Shown here: piece by piece, positions 1-12,612 of the stretch
How positions within the stretch are numbered: position 1 is the stretch's first letter
How the letters are laid out: the number at the start of each line of letters is the position of its first letter
IMG/VR virus record: IMGVR_UViG_3300048837_000398
Span: 1-64,000 of that record
Origin: a virus
DNA: 64,000 nucleotides
Strand: one strand, 5' to 3'
The notes under the pieces: model-generated
Database searches by the model: none
What the model saw: the letters and a program-made list of their open reading frames with translations, nothing else
Told to the model about the DNA's origin: nothing
Position numbers and translations under genes: made by a program

Positions 1-2
1 CT

Positions 3-3000
3 AGCGAAGAAGAATATATGTCGCTAAAGGAGATCATTAGCTCAGAGTCTACTCTAGTTAGTAATCTCGTTCAGATGCTCAACAACAACTCTTCGCTTAT
101 CGAGAACTCGAGCTACCGGCGTGGTGATGGTAAGAGCGCATATCCTTTTAAAGATAACTCGTGACAATCACTTCTTCTTACGCAGCTTAATCCGCCTGAA
201 GCTCAACGCAAAGATGCGCGTGCTACCCTCAATCGTGATAACAAGCTAACGACTAACGACATCTTCTTGCGAGATAATCTCTTCGCAGTACCAGGTCCGT
301 CCAAGCTTCTTGGTTTCATAGACCACGACTCGCTCAAGACTAAGGGTAAAGATGAGTATGCTCGCTTCTTACGTAGAGAAGGTACGCGCGACTACTATCG
401 TCGTAACATAGTGAACGGCTTCTTAGATGCGTTTCGTTCTTCGTTAGGTGGAAGCTACATACAGTTCCTTCCTAATCCTTCTAATCGCCGCACTATCTCT
501 GGAGTAAGAGTTACTCCGCTAAATGCTAAGCAAGCTGAAGCTGCTCTTTTAAAGACAATCGAGGCTCAACGCAAGCGTCCTGATCCAGCTTTCAATCCGA
601 AGCTCGCTAACGACAAGCACTACACGAAGAAAGATAAGAACGGTGTCGCTAACTGGCAGAAGTTTAAGATCCCTGGTCTTTCAGGCATCCTCATTACTGA
701 CAAGCGTACGAACGCTCAACTTCTTGAGATCGCTCTCAAGCACCATGCTACACGTTCTAAGGAACTGCACGAACGCTTCTATTCAGAGATCAAGCAAGCT
801 AATACCCCTGTCGATATTTCGAAGCTAGAGTATATGGCTGAGCATCTAAAGTTCTTACCGTCTAGCTACGTAAAAGATAAAGTCTACACCAAAGCTTTGC
901 GTAAAGCTAAGAAGGCTAAGCAAGACACTACTAAAATGGTAGCAGACCGTGCTAAAGTAATCGAAGAGATGACTGCGAAAATGCTCGATCTTTTCTATAT
1001 CAACCACACGGTCAATCAGTATGCGCTCTCGCAATGGCTCTATGGTGACGAAGCTTTCTTCGCTTCTAAAGAAGTAGAGACTAAGCGTATTCAAGTTGCT
1101 ACTGCTACTTCTAAGAAAGTTCTTGTCGACGAAAAGTATGGACTTCCACTCACCTCAAGAGTTGGTGTGTTTGCTGACATCAAGACAACTGTACCAGAGT
1201 TAGAGGGCATGCGCAAAGACTCGTTAGGAGATAGCTTTGACTCTACTGATGCTGAAGGGTTTATGCTACCTTCTTTCTATTCGAAACTAGCATCTGCAGC
1301 AGGTATCGAGTCTGACACAGACATCGTGCTTAAGCCAGTTTACTACGCGATCAAAGACGGCATTCCGACCGCCATCAAGTATTCTGCCAAAGTTCTTACT
1401 GACGAGCTCACTTCTAAGTTTCCACACCTTAGGGCACTTCGTGATTTTATGGAGTCTAACAAACTCGATCAGATGGTAGCTGAGTCTGCTGTTAAAGTAG
1501 GTACTCCTAAGACGCTACTAAAGACTGACGAGTTCGGGCTCATAGATCCTATGTCCTTTGACGATAAAGCGATCATCACGATCGACAACGAGTTCTTAGG
1601 CCTACAGCTTAATCCTGCACACGCAGTAGAAACGTCAGTTGCTAACCCTTCGCAAGGAACGTCAGTAATTAACACTAATGGGCAGAACGAAGCTGAGACT
1701 GCTCAACTCTACGATCTTAATTCGCTAGTTATTGATCTGGGTCTTCGCGATCTAACACGTCGACTCAAGCTCACTCGCAAAGGAACGCTCACTCAAAAGT
1801 CCCTGTTCGAGATTCGGAGAGCACTTCTAAAGACAGCTGAATCTATACCTGGTAACCGAGATCTCTATTATCTTCTTTCGCATAAGGATGAGAATGGTCG
1901 CTACGACGTACCGATGTCTCTGCCACTCATCGCTAACAAAGTAATTTCTAATCTTTCGTCTATATTCTCGAAAGACTCTGTAGCATTCCGTTTCGCAGGA
2001 TCTAAGCTCGTACTTCAATCAGACGTAGGTACGCGTAAGTTCTACGACGACGAAGGTAATTTAGTAGACTCTTCGCTCAAATTCAAGGATGAAGAAGGCT
2101 ACACCGAAGTGTTTTTACCGCACCACTATCGCGAGTTCTTTTCGACTGGTGACAAGATCCAGATGTCTGGTAAAGGCAAGGACGCTATGGTCGGCTTCCG
2201 TATCCCTTCATCTAACTATCACTCGCTGCTCGCTATCAAGGTAAAAGGATTCTATCCGGCTCCTACTGCTTCAGAAGGTAACATCGTGATAGCGCCTTCT
2301 CCTATCGTCTACTATCATGGTTCTGACTACGATGTAGACACACTCTTCATCATTCGTAAAGAACTACAGAAAGAAGCTACTGACTTACAACTACTCGTAG
2401 CAGAAGTTAGGGATACCACCAACCTCGATCTTTCGATAGCAGCTAACGAGGTAATCGGCTTCAAAGGCGAAGAGTCTCACCGTGTAGAAGGTAAATATCT
2501 ACACTACTTCTTAGAAGACATCATCATATTGTACGATCAGAAGATAGAGACTCTTCGAGCTAACGTCCTCAATCAGACTCTTACGATACAAGAACGTAAG
2601 CAGCTCAATAACCAATTAGACGTCCTAACCGATTCAGCCAAGAAGCTAACAGACATCGCGCGTACGTCAGCTAAGAATCACATCGTCTCGCTATTCTCTG
2701 AGAACTTACGCGATCCTAAGAATCGTACTGACCTTCTTACTCCTATCTCGTTCGAGCAAGTAGCGTCACTTAAGTCTCGAAAAGTTACTGAAGAGAATGT
2801 CGAAAGCTTACGTGAAGCTGACGACTCGTTAATGGAAATGTGGGCTAAGCTCGAAGCTGAGAAGCGAGGAGTCACGATCTCTGAGTTCCCTACTCAAGAA
2901 GAAGTTGACGAGCTTATTTATCCTGAAGGTGAGTTGACAGACTTCCTTACGCAAGGAGAGATCAAATCTAACACCGACTCTGGTGGCATGGGTATCGGTA

Positions 3001-6000
3001 TCGCAGCTAACACCCTAGGCGCTGTAGCTCGAGCATTCTCTCAAGAGCGCATTACTTCGATTAAAGACACCACTACGGGCGAGATCTTCCTCGAGAAATC
3101 GCTAGAAGCACAGCAACTGTTGAAGGCTAACAAGGCTACAGATTTCGAGAATCTTATAAAGGGATCTGATCGTTATGTAGTCGAGACACGTGCTACTCCT
3201 AAGTTGCGTCCACCTACTAAAGGTAGAAGCGAACTAGATCTGCGTGTAGACGGGCACAAGCTCTCAGAGTTCAGGCGTAAAGCACTAAACTTAGAGACTG
3301 GCGAAGTTCTGACACACAACGGCTACGACGTCAACATCTTCGAGACTTTCGATACAATCGAGAACTTAGCGATAGACAACGTCAAAGAACAGAAGCTCTT
3401 TATACTTGGCTTCAATAATAACAATGCTAACGCGTTTCTCTCGGCTCTTGCTTTTGGCATACCTCTGAAGAATGTTTCGAAAATATTTAGAACACCATTC
3501 ATCGAAGGACTGTTCTCAGCTGGACGTATTTACGACGACAAGTACACCTATCATTTCGACGATATGATTAACGAGTTGGCAACATCTTTCTTAGAAGATC
3601 GTGGAGCTTTCGAAAAAGGATTGACTCAAGCTACTAACAAGCCTTCGCTATTCAAGTCGATAGAGAATGCGTACAACGCCGGGAACGATCTCAAAGCTAC
3701 TCTTAAAGTAGAGCTGTCTAAAGTACACACGTACTCAGCAATACTCGATGGTGTTTACACAGGCAAGATCACTGGTGTAGCTAAAATGGTTTCAGACTAC
3801 GCAGCTCTAAACAACGTCTTCAAGCTTTCGCAGATCGGGCAACAGCTCTTTAAGCACGCGCAGATCCTGTCGATGTTGAAGCGCTATCCTAACTCTAAGC
3901 ACAAGATAGATGGTGTGCTTAATGCTGTAGACAGCCTCGTAGAGTTCGAAGCTACAGAGCAAATGCACAAGCAGATCTTCAAAGACTACGGCTACAAACT
4001 TCGCGAGCACTTAGCTGCAACCTCTCAAGAGTATATTGAACTAGCTAAGCGCGATCAAGCTGCTGCAGATAGCTACTTAGATAAACTGATGAGAGAGCTT
4101 AAGAACTCAGATCTGTATGCTGCTATGCCTACAAAGCTAGCGAATGCTTCGTTCACTAACGCTCTTCTACGTCGCTCTATCGCTAAGCGCATGGTGCCTA
4201 CTTCGTCTAACATATTCGAAGACAACAATATCTTACGCATGCCGCACGTATTCTCTGCGTATCGTGGACTTGTTCAGCTTAAAGCACTTATCGAGAACAC
4301 GTTTGCTATGCACTATCCAGAAGTACGTGAGTTCGCTGAGCACACCTTAGATCGTTCGCGTCTGTACGTACTTCCGTTCAAGCGCTACCAAACTATCGAG
4401 CGTATCCAAGAGAACTATCTGAACTTCATTTCGTCAGGCATGACTCTCTACTTCGGAGATAACAGCTTCGAGCTCTCGATAAAAGACACTACGATTAACG
4501 AAGAGCAATGGACACAAAGCTTTGTCTCACGCTTTCAAACGATGGCTGCAGAACATCCTAACAACTTAGTGCTCAACTCGACCGAGATTATTACGAGCGA
4601 TGTTGGTGTCAAGAGTTTAGCAATCACTGCTGACAAAGTAAAGAACGAAGAGTCTGTCGAACGTTTACGTGATTCCTTCAGAGAGCTCATGCGAATCGAT
4701 CATGCCTTCGCTCTAGACTGGTTTAAATATGCGCTCATAACTAAGGGCTTGTTCTTCGATCGTACGAGCTTCTCGCTACTCTTTCCTGAATCGTGGGCAG
4801 TTGCATATGGCAAGTCTCTTAATGATCGCTTAGAAACCTTGGTCCCTCGCGACAATCCAGCGTACACACGCCATACGGCTAAGATTTTAGCAGACGAGTT
4901 TCTGTTCCAATATCTGCGGCGTAAACAAGAATCACTTCGTTATGTGAGTGGTATTTCACCTAAAGAAATGAGCGAGTACGTCGACGCTAAAGGCTACACA
5001 AAAAAAGTACTTAGCGGAACAGATGTTTTCGAGGATCGCACTATACATTTTGATCTCAAGTTTTTGACTACAGAAGGCACTCCTGATTTCATCCGTACCT
5101 TTGACAAAGCAGTTTATGCTAAGCACGCAACTTGGGATGGAGCCTCCTACTATCGAAAGATCGCGATGGGCTCTAAAGACAACCTGCTGAAGTTCAACAT
5201 CAACTCTCTACAGACTGGAGCACTTAGCCTCGCCAAGCTACTCGATCCTTCGATCAAAGTCATAGACTCTGCATCGATAGTAGATGGTAAGCTGCGCACA
5301 GGAGAAGCACTAGAGATAGGCACAGAATTCTACATTCACAACATGAACGAAGCTTCTCCTCGCTCTCTAACGAAAGCTAAGGTGACTGCTAGACTAGGAG
5401 ACTTCCACGGACTCTACCAATTTAAATGGAAGAACGAAGGCTCTTATTCGATCACTAATTCAGAACTAATCGAAGCTTCAGCAGCTGATCTTGCTCCTCT
5501 GCAAAGTGCTGATAACGCTAGAGCTGCGATAGTTGGAAACGCTTCAGCTAGCTTACGGGCTGCTAAGAATAGTGCTCGTGAAAATGCGATCGCTCTAGTT
5601 AGACTAGACCAGATGACTGATCCAGCAAAATCCTTAGGGCTCGACATAAAAGATGTGTCTGAACTCTCTGATGAGCTGCTCACTACGTATGTCTTAGATA
5701 TCGAAAAGAAGATAGCGTCTATTCCTAACAACACTCTAGTCTATATTAGCCAAGACTTGCTTACCCCGCTAATGGAGAACAGTCCGTCTATCGCTCAGAG
5801 ATTTGCTCAAGCCATCTTCAACAAGACTAAGTTCGCTCTTCCTATTCTTAACGAGGACGTGCAAGACACTGTTTCAGCTACAGCTAAGCTCATGATTAAG
5901 CGAGCGACTTTCTTAAAAGCTGTCCTGTCTAATCCAGTGCACATGGTGAAAACTGGTGACGCCTGGACGATCGATATCAAAGCTGCTAAGGCTGACGGTT

Positions 6001-6209
6001 CGATAATGCTAGGTACCATCAGAGACGGAGATTCGATTGGCATAGGTAAGGACGGTCTCAACAAAGAGCGTTACGCATATGTCTTTAGCGTAGAAAAAGG
6101 CATCGCGACAGTTATACCGTATTCAGAAGAAGTGTTCGAAAGCATGACCGAGACTAACTACTCGTCGACTGACTTCATGGCACTAGCGACTAAAAAAACA
6201 AAATGTTAA
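3..6209 (+). CDS. Virion-packaged multisubunit-type RNA polymerase (crAss-like), 5' truncated by window edge
   Basis: More than 2000 aa. Has the RIPSSNYHS motif and a catalytic DxDxD loop (HGSDYDVD). The frame stays open to the window start if the TGA at 162-164 is read through. Confidence 0.88.
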
Positions 6210-9200
6210 ATGATTTGCCCAAATAAAAACTCAAAAGAGTGGCAAGCTTTAGTAGACAGGGTGGGCGAAGATTACGCTCACCTTGTTTTTGAAGCTGAAA
6301 ACACGCCACTAAGCCCGAGCTCTATTCTAATGACTATGCGCGACCCACTCTTACGTGAGATCGAAGCTAAAGTGTTAGCAGCTCCACAATATTTCGTAGC
6401 TAAGTATTCTGACTACGGTTTCAAAGCTCTCGGTAAAATAGCGACTGCCGAAGAGCTCATTCAGCTTTTTTATGCTCGCGCAAAGAATATCGGTGGTACG
6501 CTAGAAGGAGACGTCATCAAAAAAGATAACGCTAACTTCTTGTTGTTCCCCGAAACAAAGCAGACGTTTCAGGCTGTTCCTAATAAGGATGTGCCAGCTA
6601 GGCTAAAGGAGTCTCTCGAGAATCTGTTCGAGCGTTCTGGAGTTCCGTTTGTCGTGATAAACGATGAAGAACAAAAGTTCAAAGGGCGCTTCATTAACGA
6701 CGGAGATGATCGCATAGTGATTATCAATTTAGCGTATGCCGAAAGTTCTACTCCTTTTCACGAGTACTATCACCCTTTCGTACGCGCGCTATCACTCACT
6801 AACCCGATACTGTTCGATACAATTTTAACCAAAGCTAAGACGCTAGCCGTAAAGCCAGACACTGATCCTGAAGAGTTGGTTGTCGAATACCTCGCTAAGC
6901 TCAAGGACTCTGAGAGCACTCTCCAAAGGTTTAAGCAGTGGGTGATGTCTTTCATCGCTCGAACGTTCGGTAAACCCAAAGTAACTGGGGCCCTCAACAA
7001 TCTTTCGGATCTTCTGACTTTCTTAGAGACAGATCTCGAGAAGGTTACGCTTTCAGAGACTACGCTTACACGTGCTGACTCTGATGTCGAGAACATTCTT
7101 AAGAGCTTGAGGGAAGGCGGAGTTTCCTACAAGTTCAACAAAGACACTACTAACACAAACTATATCGATGCGATCACTAAGCTTTCGAAAGAGCAGAACC
7201 TGACTACGGACGATACTTCTCTTTACTATCGAAACGAAGCTGGGGAAGAAGTGGCGATACGTCTTTCTTCTTTCGTAGGTGACAAAGAGATGGGAGAGTT
7301 CTCGCGTAAGTTCGCGAATAAACCTTATCCGTGGCCAGAGTATCAGGCTCGTCAGATCTTCAAGGGTCAAGGCTTCGATGTAGGCGATACACCTAAAGAA
7401 GACATAACTGCGACTATCTTACTTAACGGTAAGCAAGTTTCGTTTAGCGATATTCTTACTAGCCTTGAGAAGCAGTTCGGGCTCAACCGTATTTACGGTA
7501 AGATGGTGCATGCATTCCTTCAATTTAAGATGGAGCAAGATCCTGCTAAGAAAGCTCAAGCTCGTCTAGAAGCTAACAAGTGGGCTCTAGAACTAGGCAC
7601 TCCTTTTGCTACGCTCGAAACTCACACTGAGCTGGTCGAATACGAAGAAAACTTCGACAAGGTTCTAGCAGCTGCCCAAATTAACTTAGAAGGAGCTCGT
7701 CCAGACAAAGTGACTCCAGAGGTTACAGTGATGTCGAAGATTCTTAAAGATTCGTCAGGTAAGTTCATAGGTACTACCATCGACTCGTTGGTTCAGCACC
7801 CTAATAACGACGTCTCACTACTCGACTGGAAGACAGGTGATCTTCTTAAAGACGTCAACACTACGATCATGATGCAATATGGCGAGCGCTTAGGCATCGA
7901 AGACTCGAAGCTGAATAGGGCATACTTAGAAGTAGCGATACGTGCGATCATTCTTAAAGAGCACTTCCCGAACATGCGCTTCAGGAAGGTAGCGATTATC
8001 AAGCTTTCGAAAAAAGGTAAGCACTCGAGGTTGGAGGTAGATCTTAACCCGTTCTTCAGAATGCTCGAGATCTACTATAACGAGACTAATCCTGAGATAG
8101 CTAAGCAACTAAAAGATAGTGGGCTCCTAGAAACTGAAAAGTACTTAGGCACTAAGGGAGCACTCCTTTCTGCAATTCCCGGACAGCTACAATACGCTCC
8201 ACTAGGAGAGCAAATTCAGCACGTGCAAGCTAGGCTCGAAGGTATATACGCTCGAAACACAGAATTAGAGATAAAAAAAGATCCTGAGCTTTCACGTCAA
8301 GTTAAGATGTATTCGGATGCTCTTCTAGAACTCAAGAAGTTACCAGGTGTAGACTTGGATGCGGACCTCGAAGATATTCCTGCTACTACTGGAACACTCA
8401 AGAACTTATCAGACATAAAGAACGCTAAGATTCAAGTTCTTCATCGCGACATCTTGAAGGCTCGTCACAACGCTAACAAGCGTATTCAGTCGATAGTCGA
8501 TGAACACGACAAGCTCTCGCTGCAAGTTGTTGCTGAAGCTACGTCAAGACCTATCAAGATACTTCGTAAGCTAGCTGATGCAGGGTTTATTGCAGGACTG
8601 TTCGTTTCTCCGGGTATGGTAGTCACTTCGCTTGCTCTAGGCTTGCTACTGCGTCGACTCGATACTAACACAACTAAAGTGTTCGGATTCATGTGGAAGA
8701 AGTCTGAAGACCCTGGTCGCCAAGGATACTTCTTGAACACGACAGATTTCCACGACGGTAAGCAGCTAACTCCTACGCAACGTAAGTATCGCGACTACTA
8801 CGTCAGTCGGATGCACGAAGTCTACGCGTCTACTATGGAAGAAAAAATAGCTGAATTCGAAGGTGGGTTCGTACAGACACGTGGCGAAGTAAACAAGCTT
8901 CCGCCTACTCTTCCGCCCGACTTCATGCCTCGTGTACCAGCTACTCTTTCAGAGCTTCGCGAGAACGAAGGCTTCTTTTCTAACTTCATGGGCTTTCGAA
9001 CATCTTTACGCTACGTAATACGCAAGCACCTAGGAGACTACACTAAGCAGACTTCTAACTACGACGATCGCCAAGCTCTACCAGTCAAGTATGTTGCACA
9101 CTCTGGAGACCTCAACGTAGAAAGTGCTAATCACTCTTTCGACCCTACACGAGCTTTCGCGCTTTTCCTAGGTAACCTCGTCCACAAGCAAGAGTTCGAT

Positions 9201-10763
9201 CATCTCTATCCGATGGCTCAAGGAGTTATGCGCTCGCTCGAAGACGAAACTAATCCAGACGGTAAGCCCACATACCCGACACTCGTCAAGTTCTTAGACA
9301 ATCAGATCTACAATCAGATACTTCAGAAGCGTAAAGAAGGGCAGTTCACTACGAAGCCTATCGTCGTTACTGGTAGTATGGCCAAGATCTTAGGCATGAC
9401 TGAAGGAGAGTCGATACGCATATCTCAAGATAACCTTATCGATTTAGCGCGCTCAGGTACAGCCTACATGGTGATGTCGTTTAAGTTGGTGCGCGCTGCT
9501 GCTAACGGACTTCTTATTGCGACACTCAACGTTCAACAAGGAACTAAGAGTGCGCTCGCTAAAATAATGGGGGTACCGCCAGACGACTATACGCCTAATG
9601 CTAAAGCAACTGCCCTAGCTGCAGCAGATCTTCGTACTTTCTTCGCAGACAAAATGATGGGGCGAGAAGACAACAACAAGCTTTGGTTGTTAGCTAAGGA
9701 GCTCGACTTCATGCCAGACAACTACTACTTCACAGAAGACAAGACTAACTTCTATTCGGACTCTATCAAGTTCGCACCGATGTCCTATGCGTTCATGTTT
9801 CACAACATCGTCGAAACATATGGAGCGATCATGCACCTATCTATTCTTCTACGCTCTCTCAACTTAGAGAATGCGGCAGGAGAACGTTTCACAGCTTACG
9901 ATGCGTACTCTGTTAAAGATGGCAAACTAGTGTGGACTAAAGGCGTACGAGGCAAAAAAGAAATTGCTGAAGGAGTGTTCGAAGACTTGAAAGAGTTAGA
10001 CTTGTTCGAAGCTAAAAACATACGGCGAGCTTACGAGCGTCTACAAGGTTCGTACCGGACCGAAGAAAAGACAGCTGCTGAAGCGACAGTAATGGGAGCA
10101 TTCTTATTTCAGTTCAAGAAGTTCTTCGTGCGCTACTTGAAAGACTGGATAGCTTCTCCATACAAAGATGTGACTGTTGGTCACTACATTAAAAATCAAA
10201 ATATAGAACGACCAGATGGCGTACCAGTTTGGAAGTGGGAAAGCGAGGTTATGCAAGGCCGTCTTTCAGTTATGGCTGGAAGTATAGTTGCTGGGCTTCA
10301 AGGTAAGAAAGCTCTCGAACAATATATGGGGCAAGTAGACGTAGAAGGTAGAAAAGGTTCTCGCAAGAAATTGATGATGGAACTTACGAACACTCTTCTA
10401 TGGATGATTGCTCTTTACGTAGCTTTTATAATTGGCTTTCCTGACGATGAAGACAAGGGTACGTACACTGGTCGCTTAATGAAACGCCTCTGGCTAGACT
10501 CGTCTATGTCGTTGAACCCGATGGATCTGTTCGAAACTCTGAAAACACCTGTCGTAGCTTTTTCACGTGTGCCTGCGCTAGGAGAGAACTTTTGGAATTT
10601 CATGACATCAGGTATAACAGGCAAGACGACTCGGGAAGGTTGGCTAGTAGGGTCAAAACCACTACTGAAATCTATTCCTGGTGTCGGAGGTGGTATGCAG
10701 TTAATCGAATTATTAGAAGATTACGATGTCGAATCTCAATTCTTAAGCACACCCTTACGTTAA
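6210..10763 (+). CDS. Giant crAss-like virion/ejection protein with zincin-like and PD-(D/E)XK nuclease domains
   Basis: 1517 aa. N-terminus MICPNKNSKEW, HExxH motif (HEYYH), PD-(D/E)XK signature (TIDSL...LLDWKTG). Abuts the RNAP gene as in crAss-like phages. Confidence 0.75.
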   Translation: MICPNKNSKEWQALVDRVGEDYAHLVFEAENTPLSPSSILMTMRDPLLREIEAKVLAAPQYFVAKYSDYGFKALGKIATAEELIQLFYARAKNIGGTLEGDVIKKDNANFLLFPETKQTFQAVPNKDVPARLKESLENLFERSGVPFVVINDEEQKFKGRFINDGDDRIVIINLAYAESSTPFHEYYHPFVRALSLTNPILFDTILTKAKTLAVKPDTDPEELVVEYLAKLKDSESTLQRFKQWVMSFIARTFGKPKVTGALNNLSDLLTFLETDLEKVTLSETTLTRADSDVENILKSLREGGVSYKFNKDTTNTNYIDAITKLSKEQNLTTDDTSLYYRNEAGEEVAIRLSSFVGDKEMGEFSRKFANKPYPWPEYQARQIFKGQGFDVGDTPKEDITATILLNGKQVSFSDILTSLEKQFGLNRIYGKMVHAFLQFKMEQDPAKKAQARLEANKWALELGTPFATLETHTELVEYEENFDKVLAAAQINLEGARPDKVTPEVTVMSKILKDSSGKFIGTTIDSLVQHPNNDVSLLDWKTGDLLKDVNTTIMMQYGERLGIEDSKLNRAYLEVAIRAIILKEHFPNMRFRKVAIIKLSKKGKHSRLEVDLNPFFRMLEIYYNETNPEIAKQLKDSGLLETEKYLGTKGALLSAIPGQLQYAPLGEQIQHVQARLEGIYARNTELEIKKDPELSRQVKMYSDALLELKKLPGVDLDADLEDIPATTGTLKNLSDIKNAKIQVLHRDILKARHNANKRIQSIVDEHDKLSLQVVAEATSRPIKILRKLADAGFIAGLFVSPGMVVTSLALGLLLRRLDTNTTKVFGFMWKKSEDPGRQGYFLNTTDFHDGKQLTPTQRKYRDYYVSRMHEVYASTMEEKIAEFEGGFVQTRGEVNKLPPTLPPDFMPRVPATLSELRENEGFFSNFMGFRTSLRYVIRKHLGDYTKQTSNYDDRQALPVKYVAHSGDLNVESANHSFDPTRAFALFLGNLVHKQEFDHLYPMAQGVMRSLEDETNPDGKPTYPTLVKFLDNQIYNQILQKRKEGQFTTKPIVVTGSMAKILGMTEGESIRISQDNLIDLARSGTAYMVMSFKLVRAAANGLLIATLNVQQGTKSALAKIMGVPPDDYTPNAKATALAAADLRTFFADKMMGREDNNKLWLLAKELDFMPDNYYFTEDKTNFYSDSIKFAPMSYAFMFHNIVETYGAIMHLSILLRSLNLENAAGERFTAYDAYSVKDGKLVWTKGVRGKKEIAEGVFEDLKELDLFEAKNIRRAYERLQGSYRTEEKTAAEATVMGAFLFQFKKFFVRYLKDWIASPYKDVTVGHYIKNQNIERPDGVPVWKWESEVMQGRLSVMAGSIVAGLQGKKALEQYMGQVDVEGRKGSRKKLMMELTNTLLWMIALYVAFIIGFPDDEDKGTYTGRLMKRLWLDSSMSLNPMDLFETLKTPVVAFSRVPALGENFWNFMTSGITGKTTREGWLVGSKPLLKSIPGVGGGMQLIELLEDYDVESQFLSTPLR

Positions 10764-10996
10764 TGAACCCAGAATTCCAATCAATTATCTCGACCTTTCT
10801 GACTCCATTTTTAATAGCGATTGTAGCGTTCTTTCTCAAAGGACTCATGGAGCGCTTCAATAAGTTAGAGCAAGAACTCAGAACGTTTCTCATACAGAAC
10901 GCACACTTTGAGCAACGACTCATAACTCTAGAAAATAGAATGCGAGTCCTAGACGAATTAGTATTAAACGCGATCAAGGCTAGGGTACACGACTAA
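10763..10996 (+). CDS. Small membrane protein, holin-like (one TM helix plus coiled coil)
   Basis: ATG overlaps the upstream TAA (TAATG). Sequence MNPEFQSIISTFLTPFLIAIVAFFLKG followed by a heptad pattern. Confidence 0.55.
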   Translation: MNPEFQSIISTFLTPFLIAIVAFFLKGLMERFNKLEQELRTFLIQNAHFEQRLITLENRMRVLDELVLNAIKARVHD

Positions 10997-11011
10997 ACTG
11001 GCCAGCGAAGC

Positions 11012-11058
11012 AAAAAATAGGGGGACCACCATCATAGGCGATCCCCCTTTTGCTTTTT
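11012..11058. terminator. Bidirectional intrinsic terminator between convergent modules
   Basis: AAAAAA-TAGGGGGA...TCCCCCT-TTTGCTTTTT hairpin between + strand and - strand gene blocks. Confidence 0.7.
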
Positions 11059-11073
11059 AAAAAATAACGCGGA

Positions 11074-11149
11074 AACGAGACGTAGGAATCGAACCTACCT
11101 TATCGAGATTTCACCTCGGCGCTATCACCAGATTTAGCAGCTATCTCAA
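11074..11149 (-). tRNA. Degenerate tRNA-Phe(GAA)-like sequence
   Basis: Minus strand: D arm GCTA/TAGC, anticodon arm CGAG-GTGAAAT-CTCG, T arm GTAGG-TTCGATT-CCTAC. The acceptor stem is weak and the element overlaps the end of a CDS. Confidence 0.45.
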
Positions 11150-11504
11150 CTAGTCTCTTACGAACGTAACAATAGACAACAATTTCTTCGAGTGAATTGC
11201 CGATGTCCTCAACGATTAATCGACGAAGGTGCTTCGTTACCCTCTTAAGTGGCCAGTTCTTCCACGAGGTTTTGTGAGTCTCTCTGAATTTTTCATAGCT
11301 TAGCATTACAGACGTAAGAAAAGCTTTGAACGATGGGTCGCTTTGTTTAGCGATGTCCATAATCAATTCGTGCTTAGTCATTCCACGTCGACGCAAGATA
11401 TCTTCATATTCTTCTTGCGAAATCGCTAGCGTTCATAGCGCCTCATCGAGAGTCAGAGGCTGCTTATCGAGGAGCCAACTCCTCGCTTTGCTTAGTAGTT
11501 CCAT
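11100..11504 (-). CDS. Hypothetical protein (one in-frame TGA at 11433-11435)
   Basis: ATG at 11504 gives MELLSKARSW...DEAL*TLAISQEEY, in frame with the 11100-11396 ORF. Confidence 0.65.
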
Positions 11505-12015
11505 ACAGTTCGTCTTTTATATTAGGTTTGCTCCACACTTCAGCGTTCTTCGGTAGCTTAGTGCCCAGTTCGTCTTCGATCAGACGCTTAAGGATAGGGC
11601 TCTTATCTAGCACCAAACGATTACCATAGAGACGATGGCCCGGTATGTTCGGAAAATGTTTTACAACATAGTCACGATCGATATCCGAGTATCGTCCTTC
11701 AGTAAATGGTTTAACAATCTTTTCGATCTCTTGCTCACTCAGAGTAAATACATACAGCGTGTCACCCTCTATCGGTGAATATGCCTTTTCAAAGCGCTCA
11801 GAGTTTCGTAAGTAATTGTCGTACATGTCGGTAACAGGTCCGCGAAACGCAACGTAAAGCTTATCCCCTCAGGTCAACTCTTCGGCCATCAAAGTGGCGT
11901 CGCCTAAGTAGGTCCCAATATAGGACGGAGAATGTACAGCCATTTCGATTCCCAACAACGGTCGTAGAAATTTCGCAGTTTTAGTGTCCGTTGGTGGTGT
12001 AAATAACTTTGCCAT
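11464..12015 (-). CDS. Hypothetical protein (in-frame TGA at 11869-11871)
   Basis: ATG at 12015 (MAKLFTPP...) is in frame with ORF 11464-11826 across a single TGA. Confidence 0.7.
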
Positions 12016-12089
12016 AGTAGATAAATTTACGTTTTGAGGTGCCCTAACTAATCACGACACAACCGTTACAGTTAGGGTAGAGATCGTCA

Positions 12090-12311
12090 TTACCTCGAAT
12101 GTTTCTTCGCGATATTGTAGGGTACGGTAATCTTAGAATGTAAGGCCTCCTCTACCTTCTCCAAAGGATGGATGCGACAGAGTGCTGCGTGCGCTTCCTT
12201 GTATTCGTTCTCTAAGCTCTTAAAGACTTTCTTATCTTCAGTTTCAAGGAGCTTCTTATTGAGGGAGGCGAGTTCGTCAATCGCTAAAGCAAATCGTTGC
12301 GCTTTAGTCAT
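12090..12311 (-). CDS. Hypothetical protein
   Basis: Start MTKAQRF overlaps the upstream stop. Fits the co-oriented operon. Confidence 0.55.
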   Translation of the reverse strand: MTKAQRFALAIDELASLNKKLLETEDKKVFKSLENEYKEAHAALCRIHPLEKVEEALHSKITVPYNIAKKHSR

Positions 12312-12612
12312 GTTTGATGAAATGTGTTTTAAGTGTTTGAGAATCGATTGGAAGGGAGTGACCACATATTCCCCAATCGCCTATGAAGCGTTCAGAGTTT
12401 TCGATGCTGTAGATGGTATCGCCTTTCCACACGAGTTGATCGTGCGCGCAGTTAGAGCAGTAATCGTCTTCGAGATAAACCCCGTATTTACATACGTACA
12501 TGGAGGGATCTTCAGACACTTTTCGCTTTACGCAGACGATATCTGCTAGCGTTACGAGCATTATGAGCAACAGCAGGATTATCAAAACTCGATTTAAGAT
12601 AGCTACTATCAT
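12304..12612 (-). CDS. Hypothetical membrane-anchored protein
   Basis: N-terminal hydrophobic helix; ATGA overlap with the upstream gene. Confidence 0.6.
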   Translation of the reverse strand: MIVAILNRVLIILLLLIMLVTLADIVCVKRKVSEDPSMYVCKYGVYLEDDYCSNCAHDQLVWKGDTIYSIENSERFIGDWGICGHSLPIDSQTLKTHFIKHD

